DNA of 64,000 bases from positions 20,150,001 through 20,214,000 of the forward strand of contig NC_135666.1 in the NCBI RefSeq assembly GCF_964188315.1, read 5' to 3'. Under the pieces are notes generated by a model. That model was not told the origin of the DNA and did not search any database. It saw nothing but the letters and a program-made list of their open reading frames with translations. The position numbers were made by a program, and so were the translations under genes. The stretch is from Podarcis muralis (lineage: Eukaryota). Shown here piece by piece: positions 20,978-33,860 of the stretch; within the stretch, counting starts at the first letter, position 1; each line of letters begins with the position of its first letter.

Positions 20978-23036
20978 ACATGGCTGGGATTCTGCTGTAA
21001 GTTGCACTGAGGTCCCATTTAATCAGTGGGATAAATGAGACATGACTTAAGTGTCATTGATTTCAATGGAAACTAAGAGGGTTAAAAAAAAAGCTTGGGA
21101 GAATTAAAAATGGTTTCTATTGGTGCAAGGAAGAGAGCAATGTAGGTGCTAATCAAACCTCCTTAGGGAAGGCATTCCAGAGGCAGGGAATGATGAACTT
21201 GAAGGTTCTCTCTGTTGCCACTTCCTGTCTGTCTCAGCTCATGTTGGGGCCAAACGGAGCCGGTTATCTCAGCACACAGGAAAAAGAGTTTCATTAGAGG
21301 TTATGCGGCTTCCCGGCCTACTGCAGTATGTGAACACATCTCCTTTAACCCATTCTGCTGTGCTCTGCGGTCAACTGTATCTAAGCACTGCTTTTCACAT
21401 TACTTTTGAAGGTCAACTCTTGGGAGTTTTGTGCGTCTCTAAAGTTCTGTGGGAAAAGAAGGATCAGACTAAAATAATGCATCTAATCTCTGAGAGAAGC
21501 AGCATGTAGGGCAAAACTCCAGAATCCAGAGGCAATGCTTTATGTAGATGCAAATATTGTAGTCTTAATGTTGCTTGGATCTTCCGACACTGAACAGTCT
21601 TCTAAAGTAATGGGCAAGTAGCCCTAAACCCTATTAAAATCTAAAAGGACTTATGTCCCTTTAATATTTGCAGCATTTCAGGCCATGACATTACTCTAGC
21701 GTGGGTTTTTACTGATTCAAAGCTACAGTACAAATGCAGTGAACGGAATGGAGTTGTGACTAACTTCCTGGATTCTGCCCTAGATCCCTCTTCTTTTTCT
21801 TGTTTAAACTATCCCAAGTGTCTAATTCTGACTTGCTCTTCTAGATCCCCACCATGTCTTGGAACAATTTGTCTTTGTGCTACGGCCTGCAACAGAACAA
21901 TTCATTAAAGCTTTATTTTCTGTGGGGAAAATGTTGGCAGTAGTTACTCATCCACCTGTCTGCCTTAATAAAACGCTAATACATAAACTGAAATATGTTT
22001 CTTTTGGAGCTAACTTTTAGATGAGCGAGCACAATGCCTGGCTGAAGAGCCAAGGCCCTGATCTAAAGCCAACTGAAACCAATTATTATTCCCATTAGTT
22101 TCAGTGATCTATGGTTTGGGCCTCAAGTACATCTGCTCTCTCCTTTTAAACACACACAAAGGGTAAACCAGTATGTGGTATTGCTATAGTCAAATGGAGA
22201 AACAGTTCAAGGCAAGGAAACGCTCAACTACATGGATTTTATTATAACAAATGAATGGGTGGCATATGGAAATGTACGGTTTCAGATATTTGCAAAGAAC
22301 GCAGTATGTAGGCATATTGTGAGCTGTTGCCATGTTCCTTAGGTTTCATTGCAAAGAAAAATGGTGTCTGACGTTTTCCGTGTGGACACACGCACAGAAG
22401 TAGAGTGCCAAATATCTCCAACATGTGGTTGGCCTGAGATTTTCTCTGAGCAATTGATCCGCCACACTTCTCGTGGTATACCAATAAAATTTCCCCCATT
22501 CCAAAATCTTAGTGTGGTGGAGGGGCTGAGGTGAACTAGCCAATTTGGGCTCACAGAATTGTGATCAGTTCCTTTTGGCTTGGCTGACTTCTTTCTAACT
22601 GGGACATAAAACTTGAATCAAGCCATTTTTATTTTACTAGTAAAATTTGCTCTTGCTTTCAAAAAGGCTTTTGATAAAAGCCCCTCACCAAGGACTCCTG
22701 CATAAATTTAGAAGCCACGGGTGCTTTTGTGAATCAGTAAATGCCTAGGAAACTGGAGGCAGAGAGTAGGGATAAATCGACAGTTTTCCCAATGGAGGGA
22801 TGTAGAGAGTGGAAGATTAAGGCCAGGCACAAGAAAATAATTCTTTACACAGCGCATAGTTAAACTATGGAATTCTGTCCCAGAAGTGGCAGTGATAGCC
22901 TTCCCCTCTATGAATTTGTCTAATCCTCTTTTTAAAGAAAAAGAAAAAGCTTAGGCCCAAAGGGGAGAGTGGCAATGTTTAATAGAGGCCTCTCGAAGGA
23001 GAGACTCAGTCACCTTTTGGAAAATAGTGAACTGAT

Positions 23037-23400
23037 TTCAGGGCAAACCGGTCAACTTTTGACCAAGGCCTAGTACTCCAACATCTTGCAGAAAAATATA
23101 CCTCAAGAAAAGGAGGATCTCTCTACGCAGCTTTCATAGACTTTAAATCTGCCTTCGATTTAATATCACAAGACAGGCTTTGGGAAAAACTAAGCGCCTC
23201 AAACATAGACAGACGTCTACTGCATCTCATCCAGTTTATACGATTACACTCGGGTCCGGGTTAGGTGTGACCAACAGAGCCATTTATCCAAGGAAATCCT
23301 ACCATGGTGTTAAACAAGGCTGTGTCCTTGCGCCTACTTTATTCAACTTCTAGATTAACTCCTTAGTAGAAAACATGGAGAAAGAAAATGCCCACCCTCC
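23037..23400 (+). mobile_element. non-LTR retrotransposon RT fragment (RTE/RTE-X-like)
   Basis: FRANRSTFDQGLVLQHLAEKY...LYAAFIDFKSAFDLISQDRLWEKL, then after frameshifts GVKQGCVLAPTLFNF*INSL: recognisable RT motifs. Confidence 0.8.
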
Positions 23401-23610
23401 TTTTGAAAGCCATCCAAGATGGTGGCTATCAGTGGCTGCTGGCCACAATGGCTGTTTTCTCCATCCATTGCTGGAGGCAGCAAGCCTTCAAATATCCATT
23501 GCTGGGAATCACAAGAGGAGAGAGTGCTGCTTACTTGGGTCCTATTTATGGGCTGTCCACAAGTACAGGATGCTGGACAACGATAGGCCTTTGTCCTGAT
23601 CTTGCAAGAC
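23401..23610. mobile_element. degenerate CR1 3' fragment(s)
   Basis: TTTTGAAAGCCATCCAAGATGGTGGCTATCA and GGCCTTTGTCCTGATC resemble CR1 3' sequence. Confidence 0.5.
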
Positions 23611-24979
23611 TCTTTAAGTTTACAGGTCTCCTAACAACTCTCAGCACCTTTAACAAACCACAGTTCCCAGGATTCTTTGGGGTGAAACCATGACCATTTA
23701 AAGTGGTGTAATACTGTATTGTGCAGGTGGGGCCCTATTCACCTGGGTGATTCCACCAATCCAGTCTCACGCAATGCAAGGGAAGATATAACTGTGTGAC
23801 CGTTGCCTATGAAAAGTGAAAATAGGAACAGCCTATTGCAAAATGTCCAAGCAGCTCGGCCAGAAACGTTGAAAAGGGAGATGGTTTTTGACACTTATGT
23901 TTATACGATCTGAAGAGAAACCAGAGTATGGTTTTTGACACTTATGAAAAGGATTGTGAAAAGCTGTGCCGAGTTTTCTTTTCAGCCTTATGTAAGAATA
24001 TAATAAGCAGGTTTGCCGTGACTTTCCAAAATACAATAGGCACCTAAGCTTTCCAAATATATAACCAGCCAGTGAACGCTGTAAAATATTTGTATAGCTG
24101 ATTAGCACTAAGTAGAAGAGACACCTACTTTAAAGTATTGCCATGTAAGCGAACAAAGGATATTGGGGGCGGACAGAGAGAGAGAGAGTCCTTTTGTATT
24201 TCTCCTGCTCTCCAACCCTTGATAGTAAACTTCCAAGGCATTAAAGGTAGACTAAACAAGAGGCAGTAACAATAGGTTTGCTTCTCCTGGTTTTTAACAT
24301 GCGAATGCTTAAATTGCAAATCCCTGAACACCATTCTAATTAATAAACAAACTCAATGTGGAATCTATCTTCTTTCATCTGAATCAATAAACAGAGAAGT
24401 CATGAGAAAGGGACCTTTTCCCTTCAGGGAGCCTTTTCTTGTTAATGTTGACTCAGATTGTTAGTGCTTACACTTGTCCTTGTCCTTGTGTCATTCTACT
24501 TCCTTTTTAACCACCCAACTTCATCTCTGAAGATCTTTGCAAAGTGGCTCTTCATGCATGACTCTCATATTTAGTTATACCAGTAGTGAATATTAGCTGC
24601 CAAAGTAAGCTTTCTAAATTGAAGTAACATTTAATTGCTACACCAGACATTGAAAGATGGATGTCAAATGTCACCTTAATTCACGTCAAAGCATTTGTTG
24701 CAATGTGTATTTGAAAGATACGCTTTGAAGAGACAGCCGAATCTCATCATTTCTGAAAATGTGAGTACAGTACTACCTGCTGTCATGAGCAACGACCAAA
24801 CTTGGCCATAGATGAGTTTGGCCTTTGGTTCTCAAACAGCAACCCCTTATGCTATGTAGCAAAGCATGAGGGGTGGGGGATTTCAAAAGATGTTTACGAT
24901 TTAAAAATAAAATGATGTATTTTCTCATTTTTACCCTGCTTTTTACAAAAACAAAAAATCACCAGGCTGCTTATAAGTG

Positions 24980-25128
24980 CCATATTTTTCCGTCTATAAG
25001 ATGCCCCCTATTTTTGAAGACTCACAATTTAAGAAAATGGGGAAAAATCTATCCATGTATAAGACGCTCCCAAATTTTGGACATTATTTTTTAGGAAAAA
25101 GCCTAGTCTTATTCATGGAAAAATACGG
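24980..25128. mobile_element. pogo-type MITE (CCGTATTTTT termini)
   Basis: CCATATTTTTCCGTCTATAAGA ... TCTTATTCATGGAAAAATACGG|TA. Confidence 0.75.
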
Positions 25129-25454
25129 TAATTGCCACAAGAAACCTAACGTCAAGAATAAAATAGAAGCAATAAAAAAGCAATAAAACAGTTCAGCTTT
25201 AAAGACAACAGACACAGAAATCAATTCTTAAAAGGCTTCTGGGGTAGAAGAATAAACATTTTCAAAACACCCTTAAAAGCACACCATGAGGAGGCTTGGC
25301 AGGTTTTCCCTGGAAGGGAATTATACAATCCTGGCTATGTTTAAAAAAGTGGGGCTTAATTTTGATGCTTACCCAATGAGTCTAGAGTTTAAAAAGAAAC
25401 CAGAGGCTGAGATGATGAACTTACAACCTGGGTAGATTTTAGGCAACAGGTTCA

Positions 25455-25520
25455 CATAGAATCATAGAATTGTAGAGGTGGAAGGAAGGGACAATGAGGG
25501 CCATCAAATCCCATTCCTTG
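25455..25520 (-). mobile_element. CR1 3' terminal fragment
   Basis: CATAGAATCATAGAAT = reverse complement of the (ATTCTATG)n CR1 tail. Confidence 0.6.
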
Positions 25521-26759
25521 TAATCCAGGAATCAACTAAATCATGTGGTGTGCAAGTATGAGATACAGAGAGAGTAGATAGATAAACACACACTCAAGAC
25601 CACTGCACATCTCAACTAGGCCGTTTAAATCCCTGCACATTGCTAAAATTTTAAAGCAATCAGCAGGCTGTATGTTTGAGTATTTTTGAAAGGAATCTCA
25701 TGTCTTCTATTTCCCATGCTAATTTTGATTCAACTTGTCTACTAAAACCAAGTATATTCAGTTTTCCCCCAGTTGACAAGGGGGAGAGCCATATAAACAT
25801 CAATGCAAAACAATTCCAGTTTTAAATGAGATTTGAGTTCATAATACCATGGACAGTAGCTCAGGCACTAATAGAAACCTGTGGTTTGTTTAAAATAAAA
25901 AAGGTAGCTTGACATTTTTGCTTTTAATGAGAGGTCATGCAGATTCTTTTTTCACCTATTTGTGTGTTCCCTAAAACCATTTCCAATGACAGCATGAATC
26001 TAGAAACTCTGGAATTTTGCAGAGGGCCAGAATTCTTTTTGCTAAGAAAGTACAACTCCCTTCACACAGCTGATTTTGTAAAAACCAGCCAGGTCAAACC
26101 TGCAAACGTTTCCTCATTGAAACTAACCCCCTGGCATGCCTGCGTTTGCATGGGTGCAAGCAATCAGGGGATCTGCTCTGAATGTTGTAGACAGAGCTGC
26201 AGCCTGTATTAAAACACCAATGAGCTAGGTCACCGTTAACTTTCTTCTGCATCTCACCTATGTAGCTATTTGTCCTTAGATTATGTAGAATAATGTGGAG
26301 GGAAAGGCTGAGGATTGCACAGCTCTTCCATATTAGTCTTCCAGAAGCTTCTCCCCCTAAATGAAAAAGCGAGACACTATGGTTGGATATTGTGTTTACA
26401 TATAGCAGAACTCATCAATATCCACAAAATTGCCATCTGGCGCCGTGTTCAGATTAAGGTATCCATTGGTAAACTGAGGAGAGAATCCACTAGAGGACTG
26501 AAAGAAAGCCACAACATAAAATGTTCTTCTACAACGTCCATGCTGTTCTTTTATGCTCCTCAAGAAGGCAGATTCAACATGTCCAAAGAAGGGTTTGCAG
26601 GGACAAGGTAATGGGACAGTGAAAGAGAAACATGGTTGAAAGTGCGAATGAAGGGTCATAAACTAGGAGAGCAGCACATGCACGCTGCACATAGGGAGCA
26701 GAGATCAAATGTGGAAATGAGCTAAAGGGTGCAGAATATATTGCCTTTTTTGGCTCTTG

Positions 26760-27187
26760 AAAGCTTAGGACTCCAAAGGTCTTCTATATTCCGTGTGTGC
26801 CTGCCCAAACCTGATGATATCACCAGATACATTCCTTCAAGTCGTTCCGCTTTGTGAAGTCAGATGGGCAATAACTAGAGGGAGAGGCACAGTGTACGCG
26901 GAACGCCTTCCCCAGGGGAGGTGTGGCTGATGCCAAACCTGATGTCTTCTCAGCACCAGGCAAAGACCTTTTTATTTGACTGGGCTTTCCATGACGCACC
27001 CTGACGCATACTTAAAATGGTGCTTTTTCTGATTCTATGGAATTTATTTCTCTGCTATGTTTCTGTTATTCAACTGGTTTCTCTTATAGTTGACAGTGTT
27101 TTTATTGCTTTCATGCCAAGCTCTTATGCTGAGAGTTCTGTAAACTGAAGAGTGGCATGTAAATGTTTAAAATGAATTTAATAAATA
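26760..27187 (+). mobile_element. L2 LINE 3' fragment
   Basis: ...GGAACGCCTTCCCCAGGGGAGG...CAGGCAAAGACCTTTTTATTT...TGTAAAC...AATAAATA. Confidence 0.6.
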
Positions 27188-28225
27188 CTTATTATCGGTG
27201 TCCTTACTCTTAAGAAGGGATGTTTTGCAGCTTACTGGAAAGTCCTGAGCATTAAAGACACAAATGAGTCACACATCTCTTGCTTGTGCTTCCAGGTTAA
27301 TACGGGAAGAAATCGTGCATCGTATTTGCAGGCAGATTCACTGGAGAGTGATCCCGGGCGCCATTTGAGATTTCATTGAGTGACAGGTAAAAGGCTTATT
27401 AAAGATTAAAGATCTGCTGTTAGATCTATTCAAATAAAAATGGGCAGAGCACTCTTACCGGATCAGGGAAGCTGCTGGGGCAGATGAACTACTAAATCCA
27501 AAGCCCTGCTAGACTCAAAACTGGAGGGAGCAGTTCCCACCCCCATTTCCCTGTTTTGGGACATAATATTCCCCTTCCACTTTGGTCACAACAGGATGGA
27601 AAATCAACATGCCAGCGCTAGTACTACCCCTGCCCCCAAGTGTGTGTGGTTGTGTCAGGATCCTGATCTGTACCACCCTGGCATGGCACCCACTTTTTTC
27701 ATTGGCAGGGGTAACCCAGAGGTGTGTCTCTCCCCCCCCCCCCCCCGTGCTGGCTGGGAAAGGGATTCTAAGGGCAGATTTCCCTCTTTGAGGCCAGACT
27801 TTTTCTCCTGCAGCCTCTGAGACAATAGGCTTATGCCCTAAATTGCAAAAGGAAGAGAATGCCAGTGTGAGGGATCAAATGCTGTAGCTGGTGCCATCAT
27901 GCCTTATGAGCAACAGTGTACATTTCAATGAAACACAGCAAAAAGGAAATAAAATATAATAGAATACAATTTTAAGAGAATGGTGCCAGGGGTGTTTTAA
28001 AATACCTCCGTAAGAATGATCACAAACAGTTTGTGCCTTTGATATGAATATCTGGCATGAGGATTACATAACCCAGCATTGGTTGCCAGTGTGGTGCCTC
28101 CTGAACGTTATTGCCCCAACTCCCATCTTCCCTGACTGGCTGGGGCTGATGGGAGTCAGAGACCAGTATGTTGCAGAACCAGTGAAATGGCTAGAAACAG
28201 AGGCGCTTCCGAAGAATGGAAGGCA

Positions 28226-28335
28226 GAACATAGGAAGGTGCCTTACACTGAGCGCCTCTCCAGCATTTCAGACAGGGGCTTCTCCCATCCCTACCTGGAG
28301 ATACTGGCAATTGAACTTAGGAATTTCTGCATGCG
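28226..28335 (-). mobile_element. squamate tRNA-SINE fragment (Squam2-like)
   Basis: GAACATAGGAAGGTGCCTTACACTGAG...CCCTACCTGGAGATACTGGCAATTGAAC. Confidence 0.6.
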
Positions 28336-30163
28336 TTTCAAGAGGGGACATGAAGGGTTTCAGACAGGGGACATTGCCAGTCCTACCCAAAGAGGCTGGA
28401 TATTGAACATGGGACTCTCTGCATATATATCAGGAGTTCTTCTCCTACACTTTGGTCCTTTTCCTCTCCTCCAGAGGAGACTGACAACAGCAGCAGGGAC
28501 GGCTGAGGAGGGCAGTGGGAAGCCCCCTTCGCCATCCTCCCTGGTTAGTGCTGTTCCTACTGGTCTGGACGACACAGCAGAAATCTGTATGTGCTTAAGC
28601 ACCGAGAGAGAAGCAAACGTTGGTACTTTCCGTGGTAAATTCCTTCTCTGTGTAACTAGAAATATACAGCAAATTAATTGTCACAAAGAGCATCAGGGAA
28701 TATTGAAAAACCACACCACATACTTTATCAGCACCCAAATAGCTATCATTAGAGTGTCTTTTCAGGGCATTGATCTGCATGTGATAGAATGTTATATGAA
28801 AGCAAAAAACGGGAACACACAGAGTGCATTGTAAAAAAGCCAGCTTTGCTGAAGAAAGGAAGGAGGGGGAAGGAAATGTTATGTAATTCAGGCCTCAAGC
28901 TACAAACCATAGCAAAAATCAGGCAAGGAACTGAATTGCGTGCATAATAATACTCTAGCAGCGTACCGACCGGAGAAATTATGATCATTCGTGAAGGAAA
29001 TGTAGAGCACTGCATCAAGGCATTATATGTGAATACAAAGGATCCATCACTTTTAAAAGCTTATTCCTTTAGGCATGGTGTGCTTCTTATTTAAATGCTG
29101 CTGTATAAAGCATTTCTACATAGGTGCTTCAAAACTCTATTAGATAAAACCCACCCATCCAGCTGCTGATGGTCTAGCTTTCCAGTAGGTGCACCCAAGG
29201 GCTTCCTGGAAAAGTCCCCTTCTCCCCCCGCCCCACCCCAATGGAACACATCTTTTCCTCACTATTAAATGCACTGTTGTTTTGTTTTTAAAAAACGTTG
29301 CTCAATTTAATCTCATTTCAGATAACCACATTCAGATTCCTTGATTTGGGAAGCTGTTCTTAGTGATAGCTAGTTCACACTCTAGAAGGTATCTGACATC
29401 TATAGCATTTAGTGGCAGAAATTAAATGCTGGGAAGTCTGAAACAGGGATGTATTCTTGCAAACATGCAGTGGACACACAGCAGAGAACTGTAGCCAAAC
29501 TGAACTCCCCAACACATGTTCGCCTCATGTCCCTATGTGTTTACCAAAACATACCATATTCACACAATAGGATGCTCACAGCTGCAACCACCCCTATGTA
29601 CAGGGCAGACGCTCCTGCAATATAAAACGTGGATTTAAGAGGCAGCATCTATGATTCTGCGATCTGCATTACAGACATAAACTGCTTCAGGAACCCCTGT
29701 TAGGATGCTCAGAGCTTTATCTCTCAACATACAAGGCTGAGAGAGACGAGAGGATGAAAGAGACGGCTATAGACATTTACTGAAGCTTTATCCTCAGTTC
29801 ATGCATTTAATTGATAGTTGTGTTTTTACCGTTGCAATTATTAGCAGGGCTGTAAAAATCTGGGCACCCAGTCACTACTGGCACCCCAAAATGAGTCCTG
29901 CTGACTGAGCTGCTGAAGAGGGCAGGACATGAGTTGTTCTACCTTCTGTGTGCACCCCAGTATGTGGGACCTGGTCACTTTTTTCTTTTACTTCCTTAGC
30001 TCCTCCCCAAAATCAGGTGCCATTTGCTGGAGGACGGGCCATGGTCCTAGGTAGGCTTTAACCTCTGGAAGAAAGGAAGGGAGGGGATGGAGACCAGAAC
30101 TGGATTTGTCCTCTCTCTGGTGACCTCACTTCTGTCCCTCCATTCTCCCTTCCAAATTCTATT

Positions 30164-30164
<1 letters not shown>

Positions 30165-30208
<44 letters not shown>
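30165..30208. repeat. (TTG)n microsatellite, about 14.7 units
   Basis: Direct reading. Confidence 0.98.
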
Positions 30209-30214
30209 ATATCA

Positions 30215-30344
30215 GTTCCTAGGTTTTGCAGTTGCTCTTGTTTCACTCCAACTCCCATCAGCCCCAGTGAGCCTTGTCAATGGGCAGGGACAACGGGCGT
30301 TGAAGTGCAGCAACATCTGGAGGGCCAAGAGTTCCCTGTCCCTG
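30215..30344. mobile_element. hairpin MITE of the ACAACTCCCATCA...TGATGGGAGTTGT family, degenerate
   Basis: CAACTCCCATCAGCCCC ... CAGCAACATCTGGAGGGCC. Confidence 0.6.
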
Positions 30345-31439
30345 TTTCAGAGATTTCGGCCAAATATTTTTAGTCACTCAAGAAACATCCTAACCCTCCT
30401 AGCAGTCAGTCAGATCGTGTAATGGGAAACTTTGTATAATAAATGCTTTGTGACCTGGCTTATTTTCCCAAGTTCACCGTGATCCCAATGCTAATGCTCC
30501 TCTGAGCTCGTTCTAAGGACATTGTACTGTAAATATTTTGAAGCGTGATGCATTAATTTGATGCTGGCTGTGAGATCTTGAGAGACTAGCAGGACAGGAA
30601 TGAATGCTCTTGCTGAAGGAGGGCAGGAATGGCAACTGTTTCACAGACAGAAATCTCACAGGGTGATTTATTAATTCGTCTTCGCTCAGTCAGGCCGTAA
30701 TCCTTACACTGTGCTTGCCTTTCCCAGTATAGTTGAAGTGGCATGGGATGCTGGTTTACAGCAGCCTCTCCCCGAGGGAAGGAAAAACCTGAGCATTTTG
30801 CAGATGTTCCAAGTAACCATTTGAAAAGTCCCCGCTAGCTCTTTCCCTCGCCCCAAGCCCTGCTCCTAGAAGGCAGCGTTCCCCAGCCTGCTGGGGGCTA
30901 GAGTGGGACTACTATCCCCAGCAACCTGAACAGGGAAAATTATGCGCTATGTGCAATTTCTGCTGAGCTGGCCCTTGGGGTCCTCCCATGAGAATCACGC
31001 AGAGCATCATTTTCCCACCTGAGGTACTAGGATTTGTTAGTGCAGTTCAGTGTTCAGCAGGAAAAACGATCATCTGCTACAGTGGAACACTTGAGTTACC
31101 ACCACAACCTCCTCTGCCTTCCTTCTGGCACATGGCAAACCTCTGGGATGCCTTGGGGAAGGAGGAGGTTGGAGCCACAGTGACTTGCAGGGTTGGGGTG
31201 AGCACACCCTGATCCTGTTCATAAGTATGGGATTGCTCATAACATCCCTAGTTTTTGTGTGTGTTGGGGGTGTATGTGTTGAAAATTTCATCCCCAACCT
31301 GTAATCTGCACAGTCCATATTACCATTCCAGGATGCTGCCCCTTCATTCCACTGTGTGTGTAGGCCTATATGCGAATGTAAGCATCTTGCTAGATTAGAT
31401 CAAAGGCCTTTCTAGTTCAGCATCTAGTATAAAATCATG

Positions 31440-31640
31440 CATGGCGTGCAGATGGGTTTCTTCATCTCTCATAATACTAGAACTCAGGGCCCTCTTCCCA
31501 TGAAGGTGAATGTTGGAAGATTCAGGACAGACAAAGGAAAGTATTTCACCCATAATTCTCTTTCTACAAGAGACATTGGTGGCCATCAATGTGGACAGCT
31601 TTAGAAGACAAAGAGACAAATTCATGGAGGATATGCCGGG
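31440..31640 (+). mobile_element. CR1 3' fragment
   Basis: ATAATACTAGAACTCAGGG...GAAGATTCAGGACAGACAAAGGAAAGTATTTCAC...GGTGGCCATCAA...AAATTCATGGAGGAT. Confidence 0.7.
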
Positions 31641-33639
31641 TGGAGCTAATGGGACTTGTAGTCCAACGTCTGGAGCGCATAATGTTGACTTTCCCTGCAC
31701 CGCACAAATATTATGGAAATTCATGTCCTTTTGTGGGGGGCGGGGAATGTGTGGGGTTGGTTTTTTTTGGTAATGTGTAAGCAGCCCCCCTCCCTGAGGC
31801 CCTGTCTTTCTGTGTGCTGATGAAATCAGACACTCAGGAGATTGGCTTGGAACATTTACCTTTGTGCAAAGAAAGACCACGAACCATCTCACTTTACAAA
31901 TTTCTTTTCAACAAGTGACGTTTTCCAACACAAATGGAGAGGGAGGCATCTGAGAAGAACGAATGCTGTTCCTAGCAAAGTTGAATCAAGCCCAGAAGAA
32001 AACAAACATTTCTTCTCCAATATCAGGACTTAGTTTGTATTTTTAAAAGGATTTAGGATTCGGTCTGCTTCTCACTGAAGGTATTGGAAAAATGCCCAAT
32101 TACTCTTAATGGAGATGGATTACATCCTTGGACCCCGATCCAACTGCACACATGCAACCAGTGCCAGCTTAGGGCATTTTTCTGCACGAGGCGGAGCCCA
32201 AATGGTGCCGCCCTGCTATGATAATAAAGTCTTGCTGCACCATTCAGACACTTAATTCATGCCTTCATTCATCTCCCCTTCATGGTGCTGTCTAAAGCTG
32301 GTCACTTCACTCTCCTGTATAGCAGTGCCAACCCTGGCTCCTCCACTTTTAAGAGCCCATGGGCACATTCAAAAGCCTATAGAAAAAACCGTTGAGGGCA
32401 TTTCACAGAAGTAAAACTGGCAATGCTTAGACACCCACCCCCCAACAGGCAAAACACATGCACACACCCCAACAACTAAGCGCAAAGATAAGAATAGGAG
32501 GCTAACCCACTTATGAAAAAAGGAAACCCCCCACCCGGGCAAACTCTGCCTTTCAAAACATTAAAAACGGGGACGGAGGCTTTGGATGCCATGGTGTCCA
32601 TGAGCACCACATTGGGGATCGCAGGCATACACAGCCCCCATGGCTGGATTGGACCTGGCAGTTGTGTATACAGCATCTGTCTTAATCCAGTTAGGTATAC
32701 ATGCATAGAAGCAAGCAAGAAGCACTCCCTTGCTGGTGCGAGGAAGTATCTTCTAAGGTTGTTCCACTATTTTCAGAATAAATGCAGAAGAATGGGTGAC
32801 CTCACAGAGTAAATATTCTTTAGTATAAGTTAAGAATGCTGAAGTCCTGGCTGAGCAGCTGGCAGTGACCTCCATCAGCAAGTTCCCCCTTTTTTTGGCA
32901 GCAGTTCCTTCCTTTTGCTGCAGAAGAGCTTAAATGTTTCCTTGGATTCCTCAGTGACATGCAGGCAAATCCAGCAGCGGAGAACAGCTGCAAAACAGGC
33001 AGCAAATTCAGAAGAAGCTGAAAATTGATTTAAGGGGGAGCATTAAGGACAAAGCAAGAGCTTATCATGACTCTCCCCCCCCCTCCCCAATTCTTTGTTA
33101 ACACATTGCTTTCTCGAAAGATAAAGCATAAAGCTGTTTTCTTCCTTCGGACTGACCAAAAATGCAGTTAATTTTAGGACTTCGTGGGGTTTTCATCGCT
33201 GATTCTGGACATAACAGAATGGGCAGATAAGTACAATTGGTAAAGAAGTGGATCATTATAATGCTTGCTGTTTTGCATCTCAACTGAAAATAAAGACCGG
33301 TTTTCCTATTTGGAGTATCTTGCAAGGTGTTCTGAAGGTGTTCTCCACTTCTTCTTGAGGACAATGGACACTTTTGCACAACCATTTTAATCGTTTAGTA
33401 TTTTTTCATAGTACTTACAGGTGTGTTTGGTGCTTTTGACAAATGGTGCAATCTGTACGTTCCTGTCCACAGTAGCTTGCAAAAAGAGACGGAACAGGGA
33501 TGTGGGGATAGGACAGGTGGGAGGGAAGGAACAGAGCAAATAATTATAGTTCCAAATTTAAATTTGAAATGGAAGCACTATAGTAAGTTGCAGGATATAT
33601 TATTGAGTTATATGTTAAACTATAAGAAATCTCTGAGGA

Positions 33640-33860
33640 GTGGACGAAGAGAGAGAAGATTTAGGTGGAAAAAGGGAAGCAAAAAGATGCACATTTTTTC
33701 CTACACTTCTTAAGAGAGGAAGAATGACAAATGCGTCCAGGAAGACCATTCCAGACGTAGGGAAAAGGAAGAGATAACGGACAGCAAATCAAAGGAGAAT
33801 GGTCAGGAAGAGCCAAACTGTTGAACGCCTCAAAAACTAAAACTAAAAGCAGAATATGAA
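33640..33860 (-). mobile_element. old L2 fragment
   Basis: Reverse complement TTCCCTACGTCTGGAATGGTCTTCCTG resembles the L2 ORF2 end. Confidence 0.4.

Noticed and set aside
23881-23946. Repeat-spacer-repeat resembling a minimal CRISPR array
   Set aside because: Only two 19-bp repeats, in a vertebrate genome, with no cas genes.
28187-28834. Longest gap-free ORF (215 aa)
   Set aside because: It runs across a SINE fragment and unique DNA, with no recognisable domain or exon-like boundaries.
30087-30422. ORF with a poly-Leu, signal-peptide-like stretch
   Set aside because: The poly-Leu comes from the (TTG)n microsatellite, and the rest is MITE sequence.
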